Positions 1 to 9,853 of a stretch of DNA of 64,000 bases are shown here, piece after piece. Under the pieces are notes generated by a model. That model did no database searches, had not been told where the DNA came from, and saw nothing but the letters and a program-made list of their open reading frames with translations. This DNA comes from an uncultured Verrucomicrobiae bacterium (GTDB lineage: Bacteria > Verrucomicrobiota > Verrucomicrobiia > Limisphaerales > Palsa-1400): positions 1,952,001 to 2,016,000 of the forward strand of contig OY969763.1 in assembly GCA_963702845.1 (NCBI GenBank). The letters are read 5' to 3'. Both the position numbers and the translations under genes were made by a program. How positions within the stretch are numbered: position 1 is the first letter of the stretch; the number at the start of each line of letters is the position of its first letter.

Positions 1-822
1 GTATTCGATCTCCTCTTGGGTGAAGAGGATCGTTAGAGTTCGACCATACTTACCTAAGCCAATCACGTCTTCGTTCATTTCGTGACGCGGAGCTTCAGGA
101 AACCATTCGCTCAAACACGATGTGCTTTCCACTTCTTCTGATCGGAGAACATTTTCGAAATCTCTATTAAATCTAGCCGTTGCACTGGATGTCGGCAGTT
201 CGTCGCCGCTTCGTAATGGCCTGATCATTGGAAGCTCTGCGAGAACGGGAGAAGCAAACGCATAATGGATTTGAGAACCTGAGCTGACGATAATGGCAAT
301 AGGGTCTTCTGCTAATTGCCCATACCGGATAGCCGTTGCATTGAGAGATGTCTTGCACAGATTCGCCAATGCTTTAACCGATTTCAATCCGACGCCTGCT
401 TTTCGGGCTGCTGGAATGAACAAATGTCGAGGCATTAACAAGTTTGCACTGAACACGTCAGCCTGCTTTTCGTTGGGGTCAGATGAAGTAAATGCACTCG
501 CCGAATAATGAGTAGTAGCTCCATCTTGAAATAGAAACTCAACATGCCCAGGTAAAAAGTAGTGCCCGAGCTCATGACCAACGGTGAAGTTCACGAACCC
601 TTCATTATTCAGATGATTGGCGTATCCAATGGAAAAATTATTGCCGATCATCATAAGACAGCCGGCAATCCCAGGGGCTGTTGATGGAAACGGTTGAACG
701 TTGATGTCTTTCCGACCCGCAATTTCAATCGGACGGATTGGAAATGAAATAATATTTAACTCTTCGAGAACATCTTTTGCGCATTTCTCGGCTTCCTGCT
801 GCAATAGCTTAGGGCTACGCAT
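1..822 (-). CDS. ImmA/IrrE-family Zn metallopeptidase (CapP-like), runs off the window edge
   Basis: My translation (not in the ORF track): MRSPKLLQQEAEKCAKDVLEEL...NFTVGHELGHYFLPGH...EKQADVFSANLLMP. HExxH motif plus the IrrE ExxAxxFAxxLLMP motif. Starts 3 nt after the XRE stop codon. Confidence 0.9.
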   Translation of the reverse strand, partial: MRSPKLLQQEAEKCAKDVLEELNIISFPIRPIEIAGRKDINVQPFPSTAPGIAGCLMMIGNNFSIGYANHLNNEGFVNFTVGHELGHYFLPGHVEFLFQDGATTHYSASAFTSSDPNEKQADVFSANLLMPRHLFIPAARKAGVGLKSVKALANLCKTSLNATAIRYGQLAEDPIAIIVSSGSQIHYAFASPVLAELPMIRPLRSGDELPTSSATARFNRDFENVLRSEEVESTSCLSEWFPEAPRHEMNEDVIGLGKYGRTLTILFTQEEIEY

Positions 823-825
823 AGA

Positions 826-1149
826 TTACGTGTTCCGTTTAGCTAACTGATCTGCCATCTGTTCGAGAAATTCCAAATCTTTGGCAGTCAGTTGTTCGGC
901 CTTGCGGAAGAGCTTGCCTACCGTTGCATTCGACAACGCTGGCGAATCTGAACGTCCGATGAGATAATCAGTAGTAACTTGTAATGCGTCGGCCAGTTTT
1001 CGAAGGTTGTCGAACGATGGGGAACGCGTTCCGGTCTCAAAATGGGAAATTGCCGACACTTGGAGTTTAGTTGCTTCGGCTAGGTCAGCTTGGTTCCAAC
1101 CCCGAAGATCACGAGCGGACTTTAAACGTTCGGGAAAAACTTTTTGCAT
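826..1149 (-). CDS. XRE-family HTH repressor (CapH-like)
   Basis: RLKSARDLRGWNQADLAEATKLQVSAISHFETGTRSPSFDNLRKLADAL is a classic Cro/C1 HTH; paired with the IrrE-type peptidase. Confidence 0.92.
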   Translation of the reverse strand: MQKVFPERLKSARDLRGWNQADLAEATKLQVSAISHFETGTRSPSFDNLRKLADALQVTTDYLIGRSDSPALSNATVGKLFRKAEQLTAKDLEFLEQMADQLAKRNT

Positions 1150-1157
1150 AATTCAGT

Positions 1158-1200
1158 TTGACGTCATGTTGACGATACCGTATACTATTAGTTGACGATA
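1158..1200 (+). promoter_or_regulatory. Sigma70-type promoter of the Ubl operon with overlapping direct-repeat operators
   Basis: TTGACG(1158-1163)-N17-TATACT(1181-1186). GTTGACGATA occurs at 1168-1177 and 1191-1200. Confidence 0.7.
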
Positions 1201-1275
1201 GGGCCGGAACAAATCCGGTCTTATTTTTAACTTCGTGTTTACGGTTTCGTCAAACTTTACACGACGAAAAAGAAA

Positions 1276-1551
1276 GTGAAAGAAAAAACAATGCAAACTG
1301 CAAATAAACCAACCGATGCACCGCCGCGAATCGTCTTCTTCATCGACAAGGAGAAATTCACGGTTGATGTGAAAGAACTCAGCGTCAAGAGCCTTATCGT
1401 GGATTATGCGAAAGAGGACCCGACAAAAACAACGCTGGGCTTGAAAGAAGGCAACCAGACGCCAAAGTTCACTAACTTGGATGAGGTGATTCCTCTGAAG
1501 GAAGGCATGCATTTCGTGCTATTCCACAATGAACCCACTCCTGTGTCATGA
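1276..1551 (+). CDS. Ubiquitin-like (multi-ubiquitin/beta-grasp) protein; start may be ATG 1291
   Basis: IVFFIDKEKFTV...LSVKSLI...DEVIPLKEGMHF pattern. First gene of an E2/JAB/E1 operon, with an ATGA overlap to the next gene. Confidence 0.7.
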   Translation: MKEKTMQTANKPTDAPPRIVFFIDKEKFTVDVKELSVKSLIVDYAKEDPTKTTLGLKEGNQTPKFTNLDEVIPLKEGMHFVLFHNEPTPVS

Positions 1552-1934
1552 GTGACTACGGACCTGAACGGCTGTTGGCCGAACTGATAAAGCTCGGGTA
1601 CCATGTCGAGAAGGTTACTGGCAGCGATGGGGGCATCTTTGTGGTGCTCCCGTCGTTTGAAGTGCCGGCCGGCAAATTTGCTGGTCAAATCATTGGCTTA
1701 GGCCTCTATGGGACTCCCGATTATCCGAATAGCGTTCATTCTTCAATCCACGTGAAGGCTAGTCCGCAGCTGTATGAACCCACGCAGAACGTCCCTAATG
1801 TGCGGAACGTCCAAGCGAGTGCTCTCGGTTCTGAATGGCGATACTGGAGCAAGAATTTTAACTGGCCCAATGAAACAGAAAAAACGGCACGACGGCTCAT
1901 GGCGCGGATAACAACAATCTTTGAACATGCCTAA
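1548..1934 (+). CDS. Prokaryotic E2/UBC-like protein, cysteine-free
   Basis: FEVPAGKFAG..IGL...PDYP...IHV...WRYWS pattern. No Cys in 128 aa. Lies between the Ubl and the E1. Confidence 0.7.
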   Translation: MSDYGPERLLAELIKLGYHVEKVTGSDGGIFVVLPSFEVPAGKFAGQIIGLGLYGTPDYPNSVHSSIHVKASPQLYEPTQNVPNVRNVQASALGSEWRYWSKNFNWPNETEKTARRLMARITTIFEHA

Positions 1935-3373
1935 CAACGAATTCAGCGTCGCGATGACGAATGTCGCCGACGAATTACTGCGAAAGCACTTATTGCGTCC
2001 TGACGGACAAGAAGATCTGTCATTATGCCTATGGACGCCGTCCCAGGGAGATCGGCGCTTAACCGCACTGCTGCATACTCCTGTGCTTCCAGAGGCGAAT
2101 GACAGACAAGTCCATGGAAATGTCAGCTTCAATTCGCAGTATGTAGAACGCGCCGCAAAATTGGCGATGGAGCAGAAATGCGGTTTGGCATTGCTCCACA
2201 GCCATCCATTTCCAGGTTGGCAAGGTATGAGCTACGACGATATTGCCGCAGAGAGTAAATGGGCTGGCGCAATTGAAGCATTGACGGATTTGCCTTTCGT
2301 GGGACTGACAGTCGGTTCAGATGGAGTTTGGAGTGCCCGTTTTTGGCAGCACGTTGCCGGTCGGGACTTTAGTGAGCATTGGTGTCGCGATGTCCGCAGT
2401 GCCGGGGAACGGCTTCGCGTTCATTTCGCAGATCGAGTCGCGCCGCCCCCTGTGTTCCACGAAATGTTCAAGCGCACGGCTGTGGTGTGGGGCGAGGAAA
2501 ACCACGCAACGCTGGCTCGTCTGCGGATCGGTATTGTTGGATTGGGAAGTGTGGGGAGCCTGGTAGCTGAAATGCTTGCACGAATGGCAATGGAGCATGT
2601 CACGCTCATTGATTTTGACGAAGTGCAGGAACACAATCTAGACCGGTTGGTGACGGCGACAAAAAAGGACATCGGTCGATTGAAAGTCGATGTGACAGAG
2701 GAGAGAATGTTGGCGAGTTCGACAGCCGCAAACATTGAAATAAGGAAAGTCCCGTACAGTGTTGTTGAAGAACCAGGATATCGCGCCGCTCTGGATTGCG
2801 ACGTCATATTTAGCTGCGTGGACAGGCCTCGGGCGCGGAAAATCTTGAATCATCTTGCGTATGCACATCTCATTCCGGTTGTTGACGGTGGAATTGCGGT
2901 ACGATTCAAGAATAACGAATTCAACGGCGTTGATTGGCAGCTGCAAACCGTTGGCCCCTCCCGCCCCTGTCTTGAATGTATCGGCCAGTTCAATTCTGAT
3001 GATGCCTGGACCGAAGAGGCCGGGTTCTTCGAAGATCCATCGGTACTTACAGAATTTACCAAGAGATCACGCATTCAAGCGAAATGAAAACGTGTTCCTT
3101 TTCAGCGCAAATCTCGCGTCGCTCGAGGTGTTCCAGATGGTTGAGTTGTGCACTGGCATCGGCGGAATTTATGACTACGGAATTCAACGATTTAGGTCGA
3201 ACATTGGAACGCTCGAATATGACGTTGAAAGGGAATGTAAAGCCGGATGCGGGATGGAAAACCTGACTGCACAGGGTGACCGACATTTCCATCTCTACGG
3301 ATTGGATAAAGCTGCAGAGGCCGCGCGACGACGACAAACAAAAACAATCAAGACCAAAAAACAGCGACGCTGA
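1927..3373 (+). CDS. JAB/MPN peptidase-like + ThiF/E1 fusion, split by a +1 frameshift at ~3043
   Basis: LLHSHP..S..D (JAB), GLGSVGS, DFDEVQEHNLDR, CVD, PCLEC. Removing one G at 3042-3043 joins ...EDPS to YLQNLP...CKAGC (ORF 2855-3373), restoring the second Zn-binding Cys pair. Confidence 0.85.
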
Positions 3374-3397
3374 TTTTTGTAATTTTTATTAAATATT

Positions 3398-3733
3398 ATG
3401 GCAGCATACTTTCTAACCAGTAATCCTAACAACCTGTTGGCAGCTTTCAAAAAAGCCATTGATGATGGTCATGTCGTCACATGGAGTTATGACAGCGATG
3501 GAGATTTTACCCACGCTGCGACTCAATGGAAGAACCTCGCGTGGTTTCGCCCTACGGCGAAGGCTGGTCGTTTAGTATTGAACATCCTAAAATCTCAAAA
3601 TTCGAGTGTGAGCAAGGAAGTCTACGCAATTTACCACGGCCGCATTATTGAGTCGCTGCTTGCTCATTGTGACAACATGTTCAGCGAAGCAACCGCGACG
3701 GCTCTGGCGAGCACAGGCGACATGATAAAATAA
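3398..3733 (+). CDS. Conserved-looking hypothetical protein (111 aa)
   Basis: Clean ATG ORF, co-oriented between the E1 and the CD-NTase; motifs TWxYDxDGDFTH and YHGR. Confidence 0.75.
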   Translation: MAAYFLTSNPNNLLAAFKKAIDDGHVVTWSYDSDGDFTHAATQWKNLAWFRPTAKAGRLVLNILKSQNSSVSKEVYAIYHGRIIESLLAHCDNMFSEATATALASTGDMIK

Positions 3734-3989
3734 ACCCATATAAAAAAACATTTACGAAAAGCCCCTGCTAACATTTTGGCCAAGCTGAAAACTATTAAGG
3801 GCAACGAAGTTGTTGCCGGCTGCGCGGTCAAGTTTAAAACCGACATGTGAAGGAATTCCACCGGGAAAAACACGTGGTTGTCCTTAAACCTCGATCTCAT
3901 AACAAGCACCACAAGCCGTTCGTGCTAACCCAAAACTTTATCATCCAAGGAGTAGTTACTGCGGTGCTGCCTTCTAATCTTTAAACAAT

Positions 3990-5294
3990 ATGTCCATTGC
4001 CGATACATTTAGCGATTTTCTCGCTAATCTCACAATTCAGAATACTGAAACCATCAGCCTTCGTTATGGTGAGCTTACCGCAGCTCTTAACAAAAAGTTC
4101 AGAGACACAGAATCCAAGACCTCTAACGTTCTTCAGGTCGGATCGTTCGGAAGAAGTACCGGTATCAACGGCATCTCTGACTTGGACATGTTATATATCA
4201 TGCCAAAGGCAGAATGGGATACCTACCAGGATGGGAAACAGTTAAAACTCTTGCAGGACGTGAAGTCTGCTGTGCTTGCTAGGTACCCGGCGACCGATGT
4301 TCGGGTTGACCGTCTTGTGGTAACCGTCACTTACACAGACTTCCACGTCGAGATTCAGCCGGTGTTCGAACAGGACGATGGGAGTTACATGTACCCGGAC
4401 ACACTGGATGAAGGGGCCTGGAAAATCACAAAACCGCGTGAAGAAATGGAAGCCATGTCCGATATGGATGAGGCAAAGAACTGCAACCTCAAACGACTGT
4501 GCCGAATGGGCCGTGCATGGAAAAACAAGCATGGTTTGGAAATGGGTGGTCTGCTGCTTGATACCTTGGCCTATAACTTTCTCGAAGGAACGGAGGAATA
4601 TGATGACCGCAGCTTCCTGTATTACGATTGGTTGAGCAGAGATTTTTTTCAGTATTTATCAGAATTACCGGAACAGGATTATTACGCCGCGCCAGGCAGC
4701 GGGCAACGGGTAAAAGTTAAAAAGAAGTTCCAAAGAAAAGCTAAGAAGGCGTATCGGTTGTGCTTGGCTGCGATTGAAGCGGAGGATGAAAAAGGGGTTA
4801 ATGACAAATGGAAAAAAGTGTACGGTCGTCCGTTCCCAGCAGCTTCTGAGGAGGTTGTTGAAACTAAAGTCGCAACCGCCTCTCAGGTGACGTGGAGGAA
4901 CACAGAACAATTTGCCGAAGATAGGTATCCTGTTGATATTCGTTATACTTTAAAGATTGATTGTGAAGTAAAACAAAACGGCTTTCGTGAGCATTTCCTT
5001 CGGGATATGATCGCCCGCGCTTTCCCTTTGTTAACAAACAAACAATTAAGATTCACTATCGTTCGCAACACTGTGCCGCCGCCTTATAAAATCGAATGGA
5101 AGGTTCTGAATCGCGGTGAAGTTGCCCAAGAAAGGGATTGTATTCGAGGAGAAATTGTCCCAGATGATGGTAACGACCAAAAAATCGAAACAACCAACTT
5201 TATGGGCGATCATGTCGTGGAATGTTACGCGATTAAGAACGGAATCGTGGTGGCTAAAGACCGGGTACATGTGCCTATTAATACAAAAATATGA
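3990..5294 (+). CDS. CD-NTase (SMODS nucleotidyltransferase) with C-terminal AGS-C sensor domain
   Basis: GSFGRSTGINGISDLDM and HVEIQPVF nucleotidyltransferase motifs. C-terminal WKVLNRG..A...CIRGEI...ETT.F.GDHVVECY is typical of AGS-C. Confidence 0.9.
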   Translation: MSIADTFSDFLANLTIQNTETISLRYGELTAALNKKFRDTESKTSNVLQVGSFGRSTGINGISDLDMLYIMPKAEWDTYQDGKQLKLLQDVKSAVLARYPATDVRVDRLVVTVTYTDFHVEIQPVFEQDDGSYMYPDTLDEGAWKITKPREEMEAMSDMDEAKNCNLKRLCRMGRAWKNKHGLEMGGLLLDTLAYNFLEGTEEYDDRSFLYYDWLSRDFFQYLSELPEQDYYAAPGSGQRVKVKKKFQRKAKKAYRLCLAAIEAEDEKGVNDKWKKVYGRPFPAASEEVVETKVATASQVTWRNTEQFAEDRYPVDIRYTLKIDCEVKQNGFREHFLRDMIARAFPLLTNKQLRFTIVRNTVPPPYKIEWKVLNRGEVAQERDCIRGEIVPDDGNDQKIETTNFMGDHVVECYAIKNGIVVAKDRVHVPINTKI

Positions 5295-5872
5295 GAAGGG
5301 ATGATTTGCTAAAACATATTGCCGATACTGGTTACAATGTCGGATTTGGGGCAAAGAAGCACTTCGCTACCTATGACATCACCGACAAAGTACCGGCGAT
5401 GATTGGCTTTGTTTCGATTGCAATCGGCATTCTCGCTTTATTCATCGACTGGCTTGCGGCAAAGCACTTTGCGGCGGCATTTATCATACTTGGTGTTCTG
5501 GGTATCAGCATTTCGTTATATGATCACAAAAAAGAGAGTTACGCAGATGCGGGCCGTAAGCTAACGAAACTCTTTAACCGGCTTAAGCAGCTTTATTTCA
5601 ACGTAAAAGCTGCGAGCGATTCCGAACTGCCAGAATTTGAACGCCAGTTGAAGCTGATCGAAGACGAGTATAGCCAAATCGGCATGACGGATCAGATCCT
5701 TTTTAGCGGGTGGTTTGCGCACTACAAGTTCTTTTGGGAGCATCAGATCGATTGGATCGATGAGCAAAAGCACTTTAAATTTTTTCGCGATAAACTTCCG
5801 CTTAGCTTCATGCTGGCTGTGGGGCTGATAGTGGTTGGTGTAATTATCGCGATTGTAGCTTGTCACATCTAA
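5291..5872 (+). CDS. SLATT-domain membrane effector of CBASS
   Basis: LLKHIADTGYNVGFGAKKHFATYDI followed by two TM helices and a C-terminal TM helix. ATGA overlap with the CD-NTase. Confidence 0.85.
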   Translation: MRRDDLLKHIADTGYNVGFGAKKHFATYDITDKVPAMIGFVSIAIGILALFIDWLAAKHFAAAFIILGVLGISISLYDHKKESYADAGRKLTKLFNRLKQLYFNVKAASDSELPEFERQLKLIEDEYSQIGMTDQILFSGWFAHYKFFWEHQIDWIDEQKHFKFFRDKLPLSFMLAVGLIVVGVIIAIVACHI

Positions 5873-6147
5873 TCGCAACTCTTAATCGACAGTCGTGCTC
5901 AATATTTATACCGCAGCAAGTTTGTTGATTCTCGTGACAGTTTGCCTGAAAACGACAAACCATCAACGGTGCGCAATGAAACCCAAAAATTAAATTACGG
6001 TTTCGACTCAATGGTGAACTGTGTGTTTCCCGAATGAAATTGTTCCTGAAAAGTTGGATAACCCGAAGGGAAATGGCGGGTCAAACTTGCCGTTGGGATG
6101 CGGTAAGACATCGCTCGACATTCGACTTCACCGGATTAGGCTGCGCC

Positions 6148-7779
6148 ATGAGCACCAACCGCCCCCACGTAAGTGTGGACTCCTGTGATTCCTTGCGTCA
6201 TGTGATTCACATAGTCCTCGTTTTACTCGCAATCTGGAATTTTTTTGTTCTCGCGCCTGGAGTTTTCGCGCAAGAAAGTGGCGATAACCCGGTAACCTGG
6301 GACGTCGTTCGCTGGCAACAATGGCGTGACATTCAAATAACAAACATGCTTACCCCAACATTCATTACGAACGGCCAAACATTGATTTCTCGGCAGGCAG
6401 TCATCACGAACGCAGCCGCCGCTTACGTAGTGCTGGAGTCTGTTGCACAAAAAGACCCCTCCTTCCTGTCCAACTCGGAAAAAATGTCAGTGCTTAGTAA
6501 CTTCTTGGCCTTTACTAAGGCGCAGCATTGGATGGCAGTTACTGACGACAGCACAAATTTGACCCATAGCCTCGGGTTAAATATTTCGGACACAGACTAC
6601 TGGGGGTACGTTTCAAACCAAGTCGAGTTTCCACCCCTGCTAGAAAGCCAACAGTTTTTGCAGACAATGTTTCAGCGCAAATACAAAGCCGCTTACGACA
6701 TGATTGAACATGTGAACCTTAGTTTGCCGGACACAAATAAATGGATTGTTCTGCCATTTCGTGCCGGCTTTATCCAATCCGTCGACAAAACGACGTACGG
6801 TAGAATGTTAATTCTGATTCCGAATGACAGGGGACGCGATGGGGCAATTCGAGATAAATGGATTTTATTTGCTATTGCGACACCCGAACTGGCTCCAGCA
6901 ATCGAGATTAAGAGTGTTTCTATGTTCACGGTTCGAAAAGACCCTGCTAACTCGGGTAAAACGAAAACGTATTACGGCGACTTCCTGCGAAACCGTGACA
7001 ACACCTCAGGAAACATTTCTATCAACTCGACTTTTCTTATTAAGCCGACTCCAAGTAAGAACTGCTACGATTGCCACAAACCTTCGGTTCTTCCGATATT
7101 TCCTGCTGCAGAATATGATTTTGACAGTGCCGGTAACCTGATTGAAAAGAGCGTCGGTGTTGGCCAAACGCTCGATTTGGTCAACAATCGTATCGAAGAT
7201 TACGGCCTACCCGATTTTGGAGTGCAAGATACCTCCGCTTACGGTCCATCCTTGGGTCCGGACGCGGCTCCTCCCTCAGCCGAGTTTATCAAGTATGCGA
7301 GTGAGGACAGCTCGTTGTCGGATCAATCAGTTCGAAATATTCAGCGAGCAATGAACTGCGCTGAATGTCATGATGACTTTGCCAAAATCAATTACCTTCA
7401 GGCGGTTCGTAGCGATAGGGATGTTAAGGCATTTGTTGGCAAGAGAGGGATGGTGCAGACCTTTATTGAGAATGGATGGATGCCGCCAGATCGAAATCTC
7501 ACTTCACAAGAGAGGACTGCGTTATGGAAGTGTCTGATGAATCAATACTTGAACTTAAAAACTATTGATGGATTGTTCGTGTCCTGGCTTAAAAATAACG
7601 TTCCGAGTCTGCTGCCACAGCCCGCAGCATTGCCCGGGACTCATAATCCGCGCCTTGCAGCCTATTTAGCCCGACATTCCCGGAGTCAAATGCTGCCAGA
7701 AGCGGCTGTTATTCGTGACCTTCAGGAAGAGCGAGTGAGGGCTCGGACCCAAGATGCGATTCCCGTCCACGGCTTTTGA
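6148..7779 (+). CDS. Exported protein with two CxxCH heme-c motifs (start uncertain)
   Basis: Signal-like segment ending VFA-QE; motifs CYDCH and CAECH. Confidence 0.65.
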   Translation: MSTNRPHVSVDSCDSLRHVIHIVLVLLAIWNFFVLAPGVFAQESGDNPVTWDVVRWQQWRDIQITNMLTPTFITNGQTLISRQAVITNAAAAYVVLESVAQKDPSFLSNSEKMSVLSNFLAFTKAQHWMAVTDDSTNLTHSLGLNISDTDYWGYVSNQVEFPPLLESQQFLQTMFQRKYKAAYDMIEHVNLSLPDTNKWIVLPFRAGFIQSVDKTTYGRMLILIPNDRGRDGAIRDKWILFAIATPELAPAIEIKSVSMFTVRKDPANSGKTKTYYGDFLRNRDNTSGNISINSTFLIKPTPSKNCYDCHKPSVLPIFPAAEYDFDSAGNLIEKSVGVGQTLDLVNNRIEDYGLPDFGVQDTSAYGPSLGPDAAPPSAEFIKYASEDSSLSDQSVRNIQRAMNCAECHDDFAKINYLQAVRSDRDVKAFVGKRGMVQTFIENGWMPPDRNLTSQERTALWKCLMNQYLNLKTIDGLFVSWLKNNVPSLLPQPAALPGTHNPRLAAYLARHSRSQMLPEAAVIRDLQEERVRARTQDAIPVHGF

Positions 7780-8129
7780 TCGAGCTTGGCAATTGGATTG
7801 ACAAGTGCGGTCCAGTTAAATAGTGAAAACGACTTCACAGTTGACGGCGACCGGTCGCATTTCCAAGTCGTGCGTCGGATGAAATCCGTGCGATTTCGGT
7901 GGATATACCTAGAAGACGTGTCTGTGGATCGGAAATGGGTTTGTCATCCCTCGGATGAATCAGGTGCAACCAGTCGAAGGAAGTAAGATGCATCGGTTGC
8001 CGCCGTCGTCGTTCCGTTCGGCATTACGGTCAGAAACGCCGAACGGATTTACCAAAGCGGTTTTTGAAGCCAATAGCAGTTCTTGTATTTCTGCTCCAGA
8101 CGGTTTTAGGCAATTTGTGAAAGCATTTC

Positions 8130-8292
8130 TTAAATGAATCGACCTTTAAGTCTGCGACGGAACGGAACTATTGGAGCAGCTTTAACAAATGGATATCGCA
8201 TGAAAACAGGAGAGTGAGGATCGATCTTTTTCCAGATTTTGTCTAATGCTGATTTTAGTATTCCAGTTCTATCTTCGTCCACGTCCGGCACC
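8130..8292 (-). repeat. Orphan recombinase-like C-terminal tail, family B copy 1 (putative att scar)
   Basis: VPDVDEDRTGILKSALDKIWKKIDPHSPVFMRYPF. DNA 8191-8292 aligns ungapped with 34303-34404. Confidence 0.7.
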
Positions 8293-8327
8293 CTGTGGGG
8301 TATAGATAGAACCAAAATTTTATGGTC

Positions 8328-8357
8328 AAAAAAGCCCAGCAAATGCTGGGCTTTTTT
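8328..8357. terminator. Bidirectional intrinsic terminator
   Basis: AAAAAAGCCCAGCA-AA-TGCTGGGCTTTTTT is a perfect inverted repeat. Confidence 0.85.
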
Positions 8358-8525
8358 GTTTTCCGAGTTTTGTCAAAATCAGAAAACCGACACCCATTTA
8401 CCAGGATCGAACCGGCGTCAATTTTACGGCTTAAAATCGTGAGCACGATTGGAGACTTCGTAGGCGCTGATTTGTATCGAGACCACCGGTTTTTGCTGCA
8501 TTTGACAATGGTTAAACACTGAAGA

Positions 8526-8738
8526 ATGTTTCGTTGTATGAAAATCACCCAATCAATTGACAGTTGCCTTGGCGGCAAATGCCCAGCTCTTCATCTCACT
8601 GACGATGGACGGGTTGTTGTCCAAGGTTATCGTCTTAATCGCGACGAACAGTCGGCCGTTACCACGCCTGATGGTGAATCTTCTGTGGTAATGGACCTTG
8701 AAGTGTTTCGTCGTTTGGCTAGCGACCTTAAAGTCTAG
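8526..8738 (+). CDS. Small protein of the CPxL...GxxVVQG type that usually precedes DUF6879 genes
   Basis: CLGGKCPALHLTDDGRVVVQGY; gene context. Confidence 0.65.
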   Translation: MFRCMKITQSIDSCLGGKCPALHLTDDGRVVVQGYRLNRDEQSAVTTPDGESSVVMDLEVFRRLASDLKV

Positions 8739-8794
8739 CCGTGCTACAATAAAGGCCGTTCGGTATTCCACATTTTGTGGGGCCACGCCTATTT

Positions 8795-9329
8795 ATGCTT
8801 ACGCTAGAAGAACTATTCCAATCCTTCAAATCAGAGGCGTTTCGTTTTGAGGCGCTGCCCGCCTACCACATTACCGAAACCGAAGAATTATCGATCTTCG
8901 AAAGCTATTTGAAAGGCTAATGTCGTCCCGCGCCCTGGAGACGCGGAATGGCTTTGTTCTGTTCGCGACCGGAAAAAGCAGGGGAAGCAAATCGAGAGAG
9001 TCAGAATGGTTCCCGAAAGCTTCAGCTCATACGTAAATTTCGAATTAGAGTGGGGATATCGTTTTAATGTTGAAGCTGGGGAATCCATACGCGTGATATC
9101 CGAGAGTGATGTCAAGCAGCTAAACGGAACGATACCGCCAGATTTTTGGGTGTTTGATTCGCAGCGAGTAGCAATATTCGAGTATTCGCCTTCAGGTGAG
9201 TGGTTGGGTGCAAAAATCCTCGACACCGGAACTGAACCGTACGTCAAACTTGCGACGATGCTGAAGGAGAAATCTGTCGATTTGAACTCATATTTCGGTA
9301 CCAAACGAAGAACGGGCCGGTTTCCATGA
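8795..9329 (+). CDS. DUF6879-like protein, split by a +1 frameshift at ~8918
   Basis: MLTLEELFQSFKSEAFRFEALPAY...LKG* continues in the next frame as NVVPRPGDAEW...IERVRMV...DFWVFD. Confidence 0.7.
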
Positions 9330-9853
9330 AGGACATGCTGACATGGTTGAGCACCGTAAACAGTTCGACGATGATCGCGGTGCTTGCTTTGGTGGTGTCT
9401 TTGATCGTGATGTTTTTTAATTCTCGGCAGCTATCTCTTTTGGTCAGGCAACTTCGTCTGGATAGTCTCATCAAGATCAGCGACTGCAATCGGCAGCTTG
9501 TTTCATTGGGTTTTGCAAAACCGGAGTTGTGGAAAGCGCTAAACGAATCCACGGACTTGCTTGACGGAAAGACCGCGGAAGATCGTAGACGATACTTGCA
9601 GCTTTGGTTTAACCACATGCATGTCATATGGAAAGCTCACAGGCTCGGCCTTCTCGATCGAGATGAATGGAACGCCTGTCGTGTAGATTTGATAGATTCT
9701 TTACGAATACGATATTTGCGGACGCATTGGTCAGAAGTTAAAGAGTATTATCCGAAAGCGTTCCAATGCTTCGTGGACGACAGGATCAAAGAAGGGGATG
9801 AGACGCCTCAACGAGGAGGCGGAGTCCGCGCGGGCTTAATAACTCCCGCATAG
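9326..9853 (+). CDS. Membrane-anchored hypothetical protein
   Basis: N-terminal TM segment IAVLALVVSLIVMFF; ATGA overlap with the upstream gene. Confidence 0.7.
   Translation: MKDMLTWLSTVNSSTMIAVLALVVSLIVMFFNSRQLSLLVRQLRLDSLIKISDCNRQLVSLGFAKPELWKALNESTDLLDGKTAEDRRRYLQLWFNHMHVIWKAHRLGLLDRDEWNACRVDLIDSLRIRYLRTHWSEVKEYYPKAFQCFVDDRIKEGDETPQRGGGVRAGLITPA

Noticed and set aside
1927..5294. Canonical type II CBASS (Cap2/Cap3)
   Set aside because: Domain order is JAB-E1 with a separate E2 and a dedicated Ubl upstream, not an E2-E1 fusion plus JAB downstream of the cyclase.
8390..8460. tRNA-like arms on the minus strand (GCCGG-TTCGATC-CTGGT T-arm; ATTTT-N7-AAAAT hairpin)
   Set aside because: No convincing acceptor stem or D-arm, no U33 and no CCA. 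At most a degenerate fragment; tRNAscan-SE or ARAGORN would decide.
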